From Escherichia phage vB_EcoM_ASO2A: a stretch of DNA of 64,000 nt. Position 1 is the first letter of the stretch. Each line of letters starts with the position of its first letter. The DNA lies in the sequence record MZ726793.1; one strand, written 5' to 3'. The translations under genes and the position numbers were made by a program. Below are positions 17,733-26,857 of the stretch, in pieces. The notes below the pieces were generated by a model. The model worked only from the letters and a program-made list of their open reading frames with translations. It had not been told where the DNA came from and did no database searches.

Positions 17733-18004
17733 TGGATAGACAAACCTTAAAAACAATGGCAGATGCCACTAATTCCCCGTACTTTGAAAAAGTAAGTAAA
17801 TTGGTAGCTCAAGCCGCAGAGGAAGGATATTATAACATAAACATCCACAACCCAAGTCTTATACTAGAAATGCCAAGTGATAAGAAGATACAAGAGAGTA
17901 TCTGTGAAGGTATTGTTAGTTACTGGCGCGAGCGTGGGTGTGGTGCAAACATGGCTTTAGACAGTGCAAACATTGTAAGATATATAAATATTTCTTGGGG
18001 GTGA
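17732..18004 (+). CDS. hypothetical protein
   Basis: 90-aa ORF. Confidence 0.5.
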   Translation: MDRQTLKTMADATNSPYFEKVSKLVAQAAEEGYYNINIHNPSLILEMPSDKKIQESICEGIVSYWRERGCGANMALDSANIVRYINISWG

Positions 18005-18008
18005 TTTT

Positions 18009-18620
18009 ATGATTCAATGCACTCATATCCAAATTACTTGGAGAGATGAACTTTACCATTTGGGACAATTTACTGTAGGGGAAACATACCCTGTCATTAA
18101 ACATAATCCTAACATCGCAAACTTTGATAGGATGGTTCTTGTTGAGGACGATCTGGGTCAAACTTATTCTTTAGATCTAAAATATCCGTTTTCTTACGGC
18201 TACGATTGGATCGTTACTTTTGAAGACGTGGAGGAAAATAAAACAATGAACGAAAAAAATTCTTGGTATTATCGTTGTGAACTGCCGCCAGTAGGTGAAA
18301 AGGTTATCTTTGTTCCTGATTTGGAAAGATATTCTTGGGACAGTTCTTATTCTGTTCCTAAAGAAGGCACCGAAGTTGAAGTTATTGCACATCGCACGAC
18401 TTCGCATGGTAACGATGTAGCAGTTGTTTTCTGGGATGATGAAGGCGCTGCTTGTGCAGGTGGCTTTGTTGCAGGTAACTTTGAACCCCTGCCAGATCCT
18501 TTGAAGGAGGCAATTTTAGGCGTAGCTTCTTTTGGACTCTCTTACACGTCTGCACAGGAGATCGTAGAAGGTATTTTAAACGGTACTGTTCCAAACGAAA
18601 TTTTCAAACAGATTAAGTAA
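18009..18620 (+). CDS. hypothetical protein
   Basis: 203-aa ORF; hairpin CACCCCG-TTCT-GCGGGGTG follows stop. Confidence 0.55.
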   Translation: MIQCTHIQITWRDELYHLGQFTVGETYPVIKHNPNIANFDRMVLVEDDLGQTYSLDLKYPFSYGYDWIVTFEDVEENKTMNEKNSWYYRCELPPVGEKVIFVPDLERYSWDSSYSVPKEGTEVEVIAHRTTSHGNDVAVVFWDDEGAACAGGFVAGNFEPLPDPLKEAILGVASFGLSYTSAQEIVEGILNGTVPNEIFKQIK

Positions 18621-18671
18621 CAGTTGCACCCCGTTCTGCGGGGTGTTATTGTATATGTAAAGGAGGCGCTA

Positions 18672-19010
18672 ATGTATTACACTGAAGACTACATATTGTA
18701 TAACTTTTTTAAAGGTTGGTTGAAATGGGCGGAACAAGCTCCTGTCGGAGATTGTGTTTTTCCTTGGGATTCTCGTCAAGGCTTGTGTCGTTGTTTGGAA
18801 GATTGGCTTATAACCACAAACTACAATTCAGAAACTAAGAAATCTACATCAAACAGATTAAAAATGTTGTTTGAAGAAGATGGTTTAGATCCAATTTATC
18901 CTTTCGGTGAGGAAAGTTTCCACAATGGTCTTTTCCTTGGCACTCAACATTATGATAAAGATCGTGTAGATTGGGTAAAAGAAAAGGTAGCACAGTATGA
19001 ATGGGGTTAA
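18672..19010 (+). CDS. hypothetical protein, paralog family A
   Basis: 112 aa from ATG 18672; SD AAAGGAGG; family A motifs. Confidence 0.55.
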   Translation: MYYTEDYILYNFFKGWLKWAEQAPVGDCVFPWDSRQGLCRCLEDWLITTNYNSETKKSTSNRLKMLFEEDGLDPIYPFGEESFHNGLFLGTQHYDKDRVDWVKEKVAQYEWG

Positions 19011-19200
19011 GAATTATCACCGCTGGTTAGAAAGCTATCTTAAGAAATGTGAACTTGGTGTTCCAGGTTATACTTACGACACGGACGAGATTCTTGATGA
19101 AATGGAAGTTTGGTTTAAAGAGCCTCGTGAACTATTGGAAAACATTCTAATGGCTTGGGATGGTACGGCACAAAGCATTGAAGGAGGTAGAAATGAGTAA
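18997..19200 (+). CDS. hypothetical protein
   Basis: 67-aa ORF. Confidence 0.5.
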   Translation: MNGVKNYHRWLESYLKKCELGVPGYTYDTDEILDEMEVWFKEPRELLENILMAWDGTAQSIEGGRNE

Positions 19201-19327
19201 GAAATTGTTTAATATTCGTGAGAACCGTGATGGATCGTTCTCTGTAGTCAATGAGTTTAACGTTTCGGTTGGGACTTTTATTACTAAACGTCAAGCAGAA
19301 CAAGTAAGAGATACTTTAAACAAGTAA
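19193..19327 (+). CDS. small protein (44 aa)
   Basis: ORF below track cutoff; SD GGAGG upstream. Confidence 0.4.
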   Translation: MSKKLFNIRENRDGSFSVVNEFNVSVGTFITKRQAEQVRDTLNK

Positions 19328-19345
19328 ATTTTTAAGGGGGGACTT

Positions 19346-19765
19346 ATGTTAGGTAAGATCAAAGCTTTTTTCAAACGTATTGTTGAAGGAAGTCCAACAG
19401 AAGGTGCATTAGGAAGATCTCTAACAGGAGAACCACTTGCCATAATTTCTATCAGTCGGTATGGTGGATATTCAATTAAACAAACACCTTTAGGTATAAA
19501 AGGTAGTATGCTTTCTTGGACAATATCTCAAGTTGGTGATAACAGACTTGCAGCTATAGCATTGCTTCGTGGGGAGTATGACTATTGTTTATCAGCATCT
19601 TGTAAAAAGCACCTCATAGAGCACATTAGAGACAGAGTAGAAAGAGAAGGCGGATACTTCTTCGAAACTAAGAGAAACGAACAAGGAACTCTTGACTTCA
19701 CTAAGGTTTACTGGGACAATCATACTCGTCAAACTGTTGAACAACTTCTGGAGGAAAGATGTTAA
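19346..19765 (+). CDS. hypothetical protein
   Basis: 139-aa ORF; SD AAGGGGGG. Confidence 0.55.
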   Translation: MLGKIKAFFKRIVEGSPTEGALGRSLTGEPLAIISISRYGGYSIKQTPLGIKGSMLSWTISQVGDNRLAAIALLRGEYDYCLSASCKKHLIEHIRDRVEREGGYFFETKRNEQGTLDFTKVYWDNHTRQTVEQLLEERC

Positions 19766-19968
19766 AAGCTTTTGCTGTATACTCTACTGTAGGATTCTTT
19801 TATTGGATTATAGTTGTTGTTGGATGTTGGTTGGGTTCTTCTGTTGTGATGGGAGAATGGTTAACATACAATGTATTTGAATGGGATGTAGTTTGTAGAT
19901 CATTACTTGTTATATGGACTGCTATTGTTTGTTGGATAACTGTTAGTCTAACATTAGATCTATATTGA
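19759..19968 (+). CDS. small membrane protein (two TM segments)
   Basis: 69 aa; two hydrophobic helices; last gene before the 360 bp gap. Confidence 0.5.
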   Translation: MLKAFAVYSTVGFFYWIIVVVGCWLGSSVVMGEWLTYNVFEWDVVCRSLLVIWTAIVCWITVSLTLDLY

Positions 19969-20261
19969 TTAATAGATGGTAGATAGATGATCATAGTTTA
20001 TCTACCTTCACTTACGTTTCATACCTCACTATCGTGAGTAACATGAAACATTATTATATAGAAATCTACTACTCGCTATCGCTCGTAAACATATGTTTAG
20101 GGTACCATATTTTTTTGAAAAAGTCAATGTTGATTCACCTATCAATTATCTGTTTAAGATAAATCTTACCTATCAATCTAACTCTTAACTAGTATTGCAC
20201 CTATAGTAAGACTATTCCTATAGTTATTAACCCTCTTCTTCTGTAGAATGTAATTAGATCC

Positions 20262-20290
20262 TTGACAAACTCACAAAGCTTGTGTTACAT
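20262..20290 (+). promoter_or_regulatory. sigma70-like promoter
   Basis: TTGACA, 17 nt, TTACAT; followed by SD AGGAGGAAG and ATG 20329. Confidence 0.5.
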
Positions 20291-20328
20291 TGTGTCTCAC
20301 AAGTGAATAATACCGAACAGGAGGAAGA

Positions 20329-20544
20329 ATGAGTTCCAATTTTCTATACAAAGCAAAAGATTCACGAGATGGAGAGAACCATTGGTGGTTGATCACAGAA
20401 GATGGTGTTATCATCCTACCGTGGGACGGAGAGACGAAAGTTCAAATACTAGAGAAAGTAAAAGGTGTTAGTTTTAATGTTAGTCATGATATAACAACTT
20501 TCAAAGCTTTTGCTATGAATCCTAGTCTTGTTGCTGAATGGTAA
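20329..20544 (+). CDS. hypothetical protein
   Basis: 71-aa ORF; SD CAGGAGGAAG. Confidence 0.55.
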   Translation: MSSNFLYKAKDSRDGENHWWLITEDGVIILPWDGETKVQILEKVKGVSFNVSHDITTFKAFAMNPSLVAEW

Positions 20545-20557
20545 TCCAGGAGAAGAT

Positions 20558-20776
20558 ATGACTAAAATGTATGCAGCCGTTGATAAGCTGGATGGGTCTG
20601 ATTCTGTTTTTATTTTGAATAAAATGGGTGTCTTAGTTTATGCCCGAACTTCTCAAAACATAGAGCACCAAGTGGAAGCAGCACAAATTTTAGAGCAAAT
20701 AACCCCTCCATACCTATACTCAAATGTTGAGCGTTTTAACGATGCACTTGGTTTGACGTTAATAGCGGAATGGTAA
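20558..20776 (+). CDS. hypothetical protein
   Basis: 72 aa from ATG 20558; SD AGGAG; C-terminal AEW like the preceding ORF. Confidence 0.5.
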   Translation: MTKMYAAVDKLDGSDSVFILNKMGVLVYARTSQNIEHQVEAAQILEQITPPYLYSNVERFNDALGLTLIAEW

Positions 20777-20976
20777 TAATGGCGAAAATGTTGAAAATTG
20801 ATAATGTCGTAACAATCACTACGTCCATACCTTGTCCTCCTATGCCTTGCCCCTATTGTGGTGGTGCAGGATATGTTATGGCGGATGTAGGTCAAATTTA
20901 CGAGTGTAACCCGTGCAAAACCACAGGTTATATCCAAATAGAATCAGAGGAGAAACACTATGAGCCAAAACGCTAA
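20770..20976 (+). CDS. putative zinc-finger protein
   Basis: 68 aa with CPYCGGAG and CNPCKTTG (CxxCxGxG-type). Confidence 0.5.
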   Translation: MVIMAKMLKIDNVVTITTSIPCPPMPCPYCGGAGYVMADVGQIYECNPCKTTGYIQIESEEKHYEPKR

Positions 20977-21409
20977 AGAAAAAGAAGTAATCACGGTAAT
21001 CCGTCAGATGGAAGGTGCCGAAAACAATGCTTTTGTTACTAAGATTCTTCTTAATATTTTTGAAGATGTTATTTTAAACAATCCTGGTCATAAAGATTAT
21101 CAGTATGATGTTATGATGGGTGCTTTGCTTGAGATTAACAAAAACACTTTTGCTGAATATGAGCAACACATGCTTTTACCAGAGGAAGATCAGGATTATT
21201 TGTTATCTGGTGCTTTAAGTGCACAAGAAAATTTCTACCACGTTCTTAATATGGCTTATGCAGATGAACTTGCTGTCTCCCTTGAAGAGCGGATTCAAAT
21301 GGTTCGTGACGTAATGAATGAACAAATCCAAGAAGTTGAAGATCTGGTAGCAGAGCCTTTAGCAGAAATTCGTGCAGCTATTGAAAAACAAAAAGGAACT
21401 CAATCATGA
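20960..21409 (+). CDS. hypothetical protein
   Basis: 149-aa ORF. Confidence 0.55.
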   Translation: MSQNAKEKEVITVIRQMEGAENNAFVTKILLNIFEDVILNNPGHKDYQYDVMMGALLEINKNTFAEYEQHMLLPEEDQDYLLSGALSAQENFYHVLNMAYADELAVSLEERIQMVRDVMNEQIQEVEDLVAEPLAEIRAAIEKQKGTQS

Positions 21410-21573
21410 TGCAAGTAGGTGATGTGGTTTGTCTTAAAGGTGCAAACAAACAAATGACAGTAATAGAAAGTTATGGTGAATCTTGTAAAGTAACTTGGTT
21501 TGATGAAAACGGGGATTTGCAACACGCTATATTCGATCAAAAAGCTTTGAGGAAGGTTGAAGAAAAAGAATGA
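21406..21573 (+). CDS. small protein (DUF2158-like)
   Basis: 55 aa, below track cutoff; MMQVGDVVCLKGANKQMTV resembles the small GDxVxLKSGGPxMTV family; ATGA overlap. Confidence 0.5.
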   Translation: MMQVGDVVCLKGANKQMTVIESYGESCKVTWFDENGDLQHAIFDQKALRKVEEKE

Positions 21574-21833
21574 GCCATCCGTCAATATTTTTCTGTTTTG
21601 TAGATCTTGAAAACGAGTCTTTAATCGTTGATAGTGAGGGTTACTTCACTTATTGGGAATCCGAGCACGAAACTATAAGTGTAGTGAAAGAAATTATGCA
21701 AACCAATCCAAACCTACCAGCGCATAAGTACGGTATTGCAAAAGTGTTTGTTACTAAAACAGAGTACACAAAAGAGCGAAGCACTTTGTACCATAATATT
21801 GAAGTGATTCACTATTTCAAAGATGTTATTTAG
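21570..21833 (+). CDS. hypothetical protein
   Basis: 87-aa ORF. Confidence 0.5.
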   Translation: MSHPSIFFCFVDLENESLIVDSEGYFTYWESEHETISVVKEIMQTNPNLPAHKYGIAKVFVTKTEYTKERSTLYHNIEVIHYFKDVI

Positions 21834-21841
21834 GAGGTTAT

Positions 21842-22450
21842 ATGGAAGAGAAGATTTGGGATGGTAAAGATCCTTTAGAAGTTGGACACGTAGCACGTGT
21901 CAAAAAATCTACTACAGGTCCTGGTTTTTCTGGTTTGTATCATATACCAGAAGAAGGTCAGCACGTTACAATTTTGGCTCGTGACAAACAAAACGGAGCA
22001 ACGCCTGTGTGGATTGTTCGTTGGTATGACAAAGATCTTAACATTTGCTTGTCACCTATTATGGCTCATTTGCTGGAAGCCCCTTGCTCTGAAGAAGCTC
22101 TAATTTTTGTTTCGGCTTTTCAGAAAGCCACAGGTTTAACATTAGATGCAAAAGATGTGCAAAAAGCATTTGACATTATTCAGGAAGACAACGATACTAC
22201 ATCTAACGACGAACTGGTTGAAGTTACAATCTTATCTTCAGCAGATATCCGAGAGATTGATAATTGTGATTTTCCAATCACATTTAAAATGTCGCAGAAA
22301 GACATGCAGTCATCTGGAAGTTGTTTTGGTATACCTCGTTGGTTTTTTGATTCTATCAAAAATTCTACTACAGAGGGATCAGACTATGATCAAGATGACA
22401 TGCTTTGGTTCTTAAAAAACCGAGAGATTGTTCTCTCACCACTTAAATAA
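21842..22450 (+). CDS. hypothetical protein
   Basis: 202-aa ORF; SD AGGAGG. Confidence 0.55.
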   Translation: MEEKIWDGKDPLEVGHVARVKKSTTGPGFSGLYHIPEEGQHVTILARDKQNGATPVWIVRWYDKDLNICLSPIMAHLLEAPCSEEALIFVSAFQKATGLTLDAKDVQKAFDIIQEDNDTTSNDELVEVTILSSADIREIDNCDFPITFKMSQKDMQSSGSCFGIPRWFFDSIKNSTTEGSDYDQDDMLWFLKNREIVLSPLK

Positions 22451-22459
22451 GGAGAAATA

Positions 22460-22561
22460 ATGGTTTCATTTATCGTAGGTGTAGTTGTAGGCTATCTTAT
22501 TAACAAATATCAAGACGTTATCACGGCAAAAGTAAAAGACATTTTAGACTCATCTAAATAA
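22460..22561 (+). CDS. small membrane protein (33 aa)
   Basis: ORF below track cutoff; SD AAGGAG; hydrophobic N-terminus. Confidence 0.45.
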   Translation: MVSFIVGVVVGYLINKYQDVITAKVKDILDSSK

Positions 22562-22613
22562 TCTATCAAAGCTGCATCTTCAATAGGTGCAGCCTTTTAA
22601 AAGGAGATATGGC

Positions 22614-22784
22614 ATGACTAAACGCACTGATTTTAAATGTATGCATTGTGGGAAATCTTTTGGGGATCATCAAGCTCGCACATTCAACTGTCCACGTAAA
22701 GGTCGCGGAAATTTTAAAGGTTTTAATCCCGCACATGTTTATTCTCCAGATTACGATAAGCCAGAAGAAAAATTTGTTATTTAA
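22614..22784 (+). CDS. small cysteine-rich protein
   Basis: 56 aa from ATG 22614; SD AAGGAG; CMHC...C. Confidence 0.5.
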   Translation: MTKRTDFKCMHCGKSFGDHQARTFNCPRKGRGNFKGFNPAHVYSPDYDKPEEKFVI

Positions 22785-22796
22785 TAAGGAGGTCAT

Positions 22797-23078
22797 ATGG
22801 AACTCGTTCAAGAATTGTATAATGCTTTAGGAGCAAAAGGAAAAGATTGGCCCGAACATGCGCTTATTGCTATAAGAGACTCCGATGGTGAGATTAAGTT
22901 TTCAAGCGTAAGTAAAGAGCACATCGTAGAAACAAAACTGGGTATTTACATGCGTGGAACTTATTGCTTATTCAACACTAGAATGGTAGAAGCCCCTGTT
23001 ATCGAGGATGGAACAAAAGGTTGCCCCACAATCGTAACAAAATCTGAATATGAGAAGTTTTTCTACGCTAAGGCTTGA
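22797..23078 (+). CDS. hypothetical protein
   Basis: 93-aa ORF; SD AAGGAGG. Confidence 0.55.
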   Translation: MELVQELYNALGAKGKDWPEHALIAIRDSDGEIKFSSVSKEHIVETKLGIYMRGTYCLFNTRMVEAPVIEDGTKGCPTIVTKSEYEKFFYAKA

Positions 23079-23122
23079 CACAGAAACAATACTATAGGAT
23101 AGTGATCCTATCGTAGCAATAG

Positions 23123-23145
23123 AACCCGCTTCGGCGGGTTTTTTC
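23123..23145 (+). terminator. Rho-independent terminator (UUCG loop)
   Basis: CCCGC-TTCG-GCGGG followed by TTTTTT. Confidence 0.65.
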
Positions 23146-23169
23146 ATATCTGTAGCAATAGGAGGTCGT

Positions 23170-23400
23170 GTGTTAAATAAAATCGAAGAAGGTTGTATGG
23201 CATTTTTGGTAGATAACCCGTTTCCCTTTATGGTTAAGGTCCATGTAGGAGAGTATTTAGGTTATGACGAATGGGATTGTAGTATCAATAGTGAAATGCA
23301 CCACTACCAACCAACAATACTTAAGACGGATCAAATGGCGCGTATTACAGTAGAGGATGAATTGATCATCGAGTTATACGAGAGAGCACTGCACAAGTAA
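23170..23400 (+). CDS. hypothetical protein
   Basis: 76-aa ORF with GTG start 4 nt after AGGAGG. Confidence 0.45.
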   Translation: MLNKIEEGCMAFLVDNPFPFMVKVHVGEYLGYDEWDCSINSEMHHYQPTILKTDQMARITVEDELIIELYERALHK

Positions 23401-23440
23401 GCTAGAACCCACCTAAATCGAACAGAGACGCTCTAAAATA

Positions 23441-23472
23441 GAAAAGGCACCCACTTGGGTGCCTTTGTTTTA
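23441..23472. terminator. Bidirectional rho-independent terminator
   Basis: GGCACCC-ACTT-GGGTGCC flanked by AAAA and TTTGTTTT, between converging gene blocks. Confidence 0.65.
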
Positions 23473-23742
23473 TTCTTCGTTAGATTGCGTCTCAGACGCG
23501 TTAAATTCGGTTTCAGTACAACTTGCTAGGTAACTTATATTTTGCATCACTACAACTACAGGTGTTTGAAGTTTATCTTCTAGCCCCGCAGCCACTTGAG
23601 CCAAGGCATTATCAATATTTGATTTCCTAACGCCTGTTCCATGTCCTGTTGCCAAGTAAAGATTACCTTCCCCTTTTTGTGTAGCATTAGCAAAGTAGTA
23701 AACGTAATGTGCAAGGTAGTAATCACGGATTTCTTCAGTCAT
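23470..23742 (-). CDS. hypothetical protein
   Basis: 90-aa ORF; SD AGGAG; last gene of the SIR2 operon. Confidence 0.5.
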   Translation of the reverse strand: MTEEIRDYYLAHYVYYFANATQKGEGNLYLATGHGTGVRKSNIDNALAQVAAGLEDKLQTPVVVVMQNISYLASCTETEFNASETQSNEE

Positions 23743-23785
23743 TTTATTCTCCTAATAAGAAAGGGGCCGAAGCCCCTTGAGTGGT

Positions 23786-24586
23786 TTATTTGTTTAAGTG
23801 GTCTTCGACCATTTTAATGAAACCTTCATTGCTGAAGGCTGTTGCAGCTTTTTCTCGGTAAACAAAAACTCCACGATCTTCATAGAGAAGTGTTTCTTCG
23901 TAATTAACTCCAGGGTTAACTACAACCATTTTTGTCCCGATATTAAGAGCAGGAAAAAGCTCCCAGTTAAAATTGATAACTTGATTAGAGCAACCCACTA
24001 CAATCACCATATCTTGAGCCGTCAAGCCGTCTAAGATGTGGTACATATCGTTATACAATGGGGCAGTCTCCCCAAAGAACACTACATTGGGCTTCACATA
24101 CTTGTAATCATCCACATCGATAGCAGCATAGCCAACATCTTTGATGATTCTATTGTCTACGATCACTTCAGGCAGGAAGCCGTGAACATGTAGAACATCT
24201 TCATGAACAACACCCGCTTGTTCCAGAAGATCATCTACGTTTGTCGTGATGTTGATAACACGATCACAGCCGTACTCTTGAAACCATTCCGCGATCTGGT
24301 AATGCGCAGCGTTAGGAGACACACTATCCATCTCTACGCGACGTTTATTGTAGAAGTCATGAGTTTTACGGTAGAGGTTGTATCCCTCTGCATCTAATCC
24401 ACCAACAGCGCCAGGAACACACTGTTCTTGCTGGTAGCCAGCACGGAAATTGAAAATGTCACACACTTCAGAAAGGTCGTATTCATCCCACAAAGCTTTA
24501 CCACTTTCTGTGTCAGTGCGGAAAGTACGAATACCGCTATCGGCGCTTAAGCCAGCGCCGCTAATCACTATTAATCGTCTTGGCAT
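23786..24586 (-). CDS. SIR2-family protein (sirtuin-like NAD-dependent enzyme)
   Basis: 266 aa; N-terminal VISGAGLSADSGIRTFR matches the sirtuin GAGIS..SGIP.FR motif. Confidence 0.65.
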   Translation of the reverse strand: MPRRLIVISGAGLSADSGIRTFRTDTESGKALWDEYDLSEVCDIFNFRAGYQQEQCVPGAVGGLDAEGYNLYRKTHDFYNKRRVEMDSVSPNAAHYQIAEWFQEYGCDRVINITTNVDDLLEQAGVVHEDVLHVHGFLPEVIVDNRIIKDVGYAAIDVDDYKYVKPNVVFFGETAPLYNDMYHILDGLTAQDMVIVVGCSNQVINFNWELFPALNIGTKMVVVNPGVNYEETLLYEDRGVFVYREKAATAFSNEGFIKMVEDHLNK

Positions 24587-25056
24587 TCTTCCTCCTCAAA
24601 TGGATCATAAGAATCGTACTCGTAAGTATCATCTTCTGAAAATTCTACTTCGAAATAAATATCAAACTCTGCAAACAGACGTAGGATGTTAGACATGCTG
24701 TAATAATTATCGTAGGCAGATTCAGCTTCATAGTAAACATAAAGCAAATGGTTAGCCTTATCATCTTCCAAATATTTCCCGTCTGCATACGCATAGTCTG
24801 CATATGCTTTACCTGCATCTTCCACAAGAGAACGATCAAGCAGAGTAGGAAATGGTTTCTCTTTTTCTTTTAGTTTGCTCACCAACCAATGTGCAATATC
24901 ATTCCATTCTGCATCCATACCACTAAAGCAACTTGCTTCTTCTCCAAAAGAAGCTTCTCCTAAATCGCCACTAATACGAACAACATTAGATGAACTATAG
25001 CCACACGTTTCACAATCAGAGTAACTATTATGCACATTGACATTTACTTGAAACAT
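24571..25056 (-). CDS. hypothetical acidic protein
   Basis: 161 aa, strongly acidic C-terminus. Confidence 0.5.
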   Translation of the reverse strand: MFQVNVNVHNSYSDCETCGYSSSNVVRISGDLGEASFGEEASCFSGMDAEWNDIAHWLVSKLKEKEKPFPTLLDRSLVEDAGKAYADYAYADGKYLEDDKANHLLYVYYEAESAYDNYYSMSNILRLFAEFDIYFEVEFSEDDTYEYDSYDPFEEEECQDD

Positions 25057-25114
25057 ATTCCCTCCTATAAAAGAAAAGCCCCCTGAAACAGGAGGCTTTG
25101 TTCAGATATCGGCA

Positions 25115-25768
25115 CTATACCAGACTTTGAAGGTATTTGTCAAGTGCTTCTTGATCACCTTGACAAACATAGCAACGGAAGTCTTGAGCAGAAGGTTCTT
25201 TGTCCTCGTCCCAATCCCAATAGACAGTACCTTTATAGCGTGAGCCTGGGAACTCGAAGTATGCCACATGAGTAATATGGTGTGGGCCACCCCAAAACTC
25301 TGTAAAAGTAAATTGAGGATACGCTGCTTTAACTGTATTTTCAAACCAAGTTTTACGATCTAATGCTTCGTTTATAAAATAAGCATGGCGTTCCATTTCA
25401 TCCCACGTTTTCCAGACACTTCTCTCATCAGGAGAAAAGACAAGCCATTCTGGAAGGTAGAGAGTGTCATAGTAATCATCATATTCGATCTCGGAGACGC
25501 ACGAAGCTGACTCCTCCAGTTTTGAGTAATCAAAAGCAGAATATACCCACCAACCATCTTCCAGTAACGCTTTGATAGGGACGAAGCCTTTATCAGCATA
25601 TTGATCGAATTGTTTGACACGGTGGCTTGTGCAGTCTTCAAACTCACATTCTAAACGATATGCACCTTTTCGACGAGCCTCAAGACCGTGTGCACTGAAA
25701 ATAACAACACTTCCTTCACCATCATTACGATCTACTTGATAAGCAACTACTTGTTTTGAATTTGACAT
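25115..25768 (-). CDS. hypothetical protein
   Basis: 217-aa ORF. Confidence 0.5.
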   Translation of the reverse strand: MSNSKQVVAYQVDRNDGEGSVVIFSAHGLEARRKGAYRLECEFEDCTSHRVKQFDQYADKGFVPIKALLEDGWWVYSAFDYSKLEESASCVSEIEYDDYYDTLYLPEWLVFSPDERSVWKTWDEMERHAYFINEALDRKTWFENTVKAAYPQFTFTEFWGGPHHITHVAYFEFPGSRYKGTVYWDWDEDKEPSAQDFRCYVCQGDQEALDKYLQSLV

Positions 25769-26451
25769 TATTTCTCCTTATCTAGAAGATTGTTAGACAA
25801 AAACACTGCACGAGCAAAACCACGTGCGGTTAAGGATCTAAGTTGTTTTGTTTTTGCACTAGCTCCACCTAAGCTTTTCCAACCCCAGAAGCAGCCTATA
25901 TGATCTACTGGTTTCTTCACTGGTTGAACAAAACCATTGCCGTGCCAAATACAAGTTTTCTTTGTATACCCATCACGGGTAGGCATTTTAGGATGAAAGC
26001 TTCCTTCCTCTTCAAACAAATACCCACCATACTCATAAGGATCAAAGTAAAAATCGGGTTTACGCCATAAGGTTGAAAGTTTACCTACTGGGTTCTCAAT
26101 CATCCAAGGAACATTATATTTGTTACCCAAAGCTTCCACTACACGAATATTAGCTAAAGCTTCATCTAGTTCCTCTGTGCTACGTTCGTGTTTGCTACCA
26201 CTACCTGCTAACATAGTGCAAGGTGGAAATCCAAAAATAATATCGGGTTTAGGTATCCCATGATCTTCAGGGTTGAATGTAGAATCTATCCAGGCATTCA
26301 CATAGGTTATGTTTGGGTGCTCCATCCTAACCTCGTATTTACCGTGATCCCCTTCATCAGCGTTTACACAAAAACACTTGTGACCTGCTTCGGCATAACG
26401 TAACACCATAATCCCAGATCCGTCAAACATAGACAAAACTGTTTTACTCAT
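25768..26451 (-). CDS. C5-cytosine methyltransferase-like protein (compact)
   Basis: 228 aa from ATG 26451; motifs FDGSG, GFPPC and ENPVG in canonical order. Confidence 0.5.
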   Translation of the reverse strand: MSKTVLSMFDGSGIMVLRYAEAGHKCFCVNADEGDHGKYEVRMEHPNITYVNAWIDSTFNPEDHGIPKPDIIFGFPPCTMLAGSGSKHERSTEELDEALANIRVVEALGNKYNVPWMIENPVGKLSTLWRKPDFYFDPYEYGGYLFEEEGSFHPKMPTRDGYTKKTCIWHGNGFVQPVKKPVDHIGCFWGWKSLGGASAKTKQLRSLTARGFARAVFLSNNLLDKEK

Positions 26452-26857
26452 TACCCCTCCATTCAAGACAAGCCATAACTTTACGCCAATCACTTTCTGT
26501 AAGAAAAATCTCGTTTGCTTTCTTCCACAAATCTAAATCGTGAAGGGTTGGAATACGATATGTTAGTTCACAGAATCTATGCTCTTCTTCTGTAATATAA
26601 CCAAAATGCAGAGCCACATCGTGAAACCAACACCAACCATGCATCTCTCGAACAACATGGTCATGCTGAGACATTGTTTTATGCCGTAAACCTAACCAAC
26701 AAGGAACAGATACTTTAGTAGTCTTTAATCTGTGATCAACAGTATTAGAGTATTCAATAATAGCTGTCAGTTTCAATCGTGCTTTTTCTAAATCCTCATG
26801 GGTCACTTTGAAATAACTTTCTGAAAGATATCCACACATATTAATAACCTCCTTCAA
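26444..26857 (-). CDS. hypothetical protein
   Basis: 137-aa ORF. Confidence 0.5.
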   Translation of the reverse strand: MKEVINMCGYLSESYFKVTHEDLEKARLKLTAIIEYSNTVDHRLKTTKVSVPCWLGLRHKTMSQHDHVVREMHGWCWFHDVALHFGYITEEEHRFCELTYRIPTLHDLDLWKKANEIFLTESDWRKVMACLEWRGNE

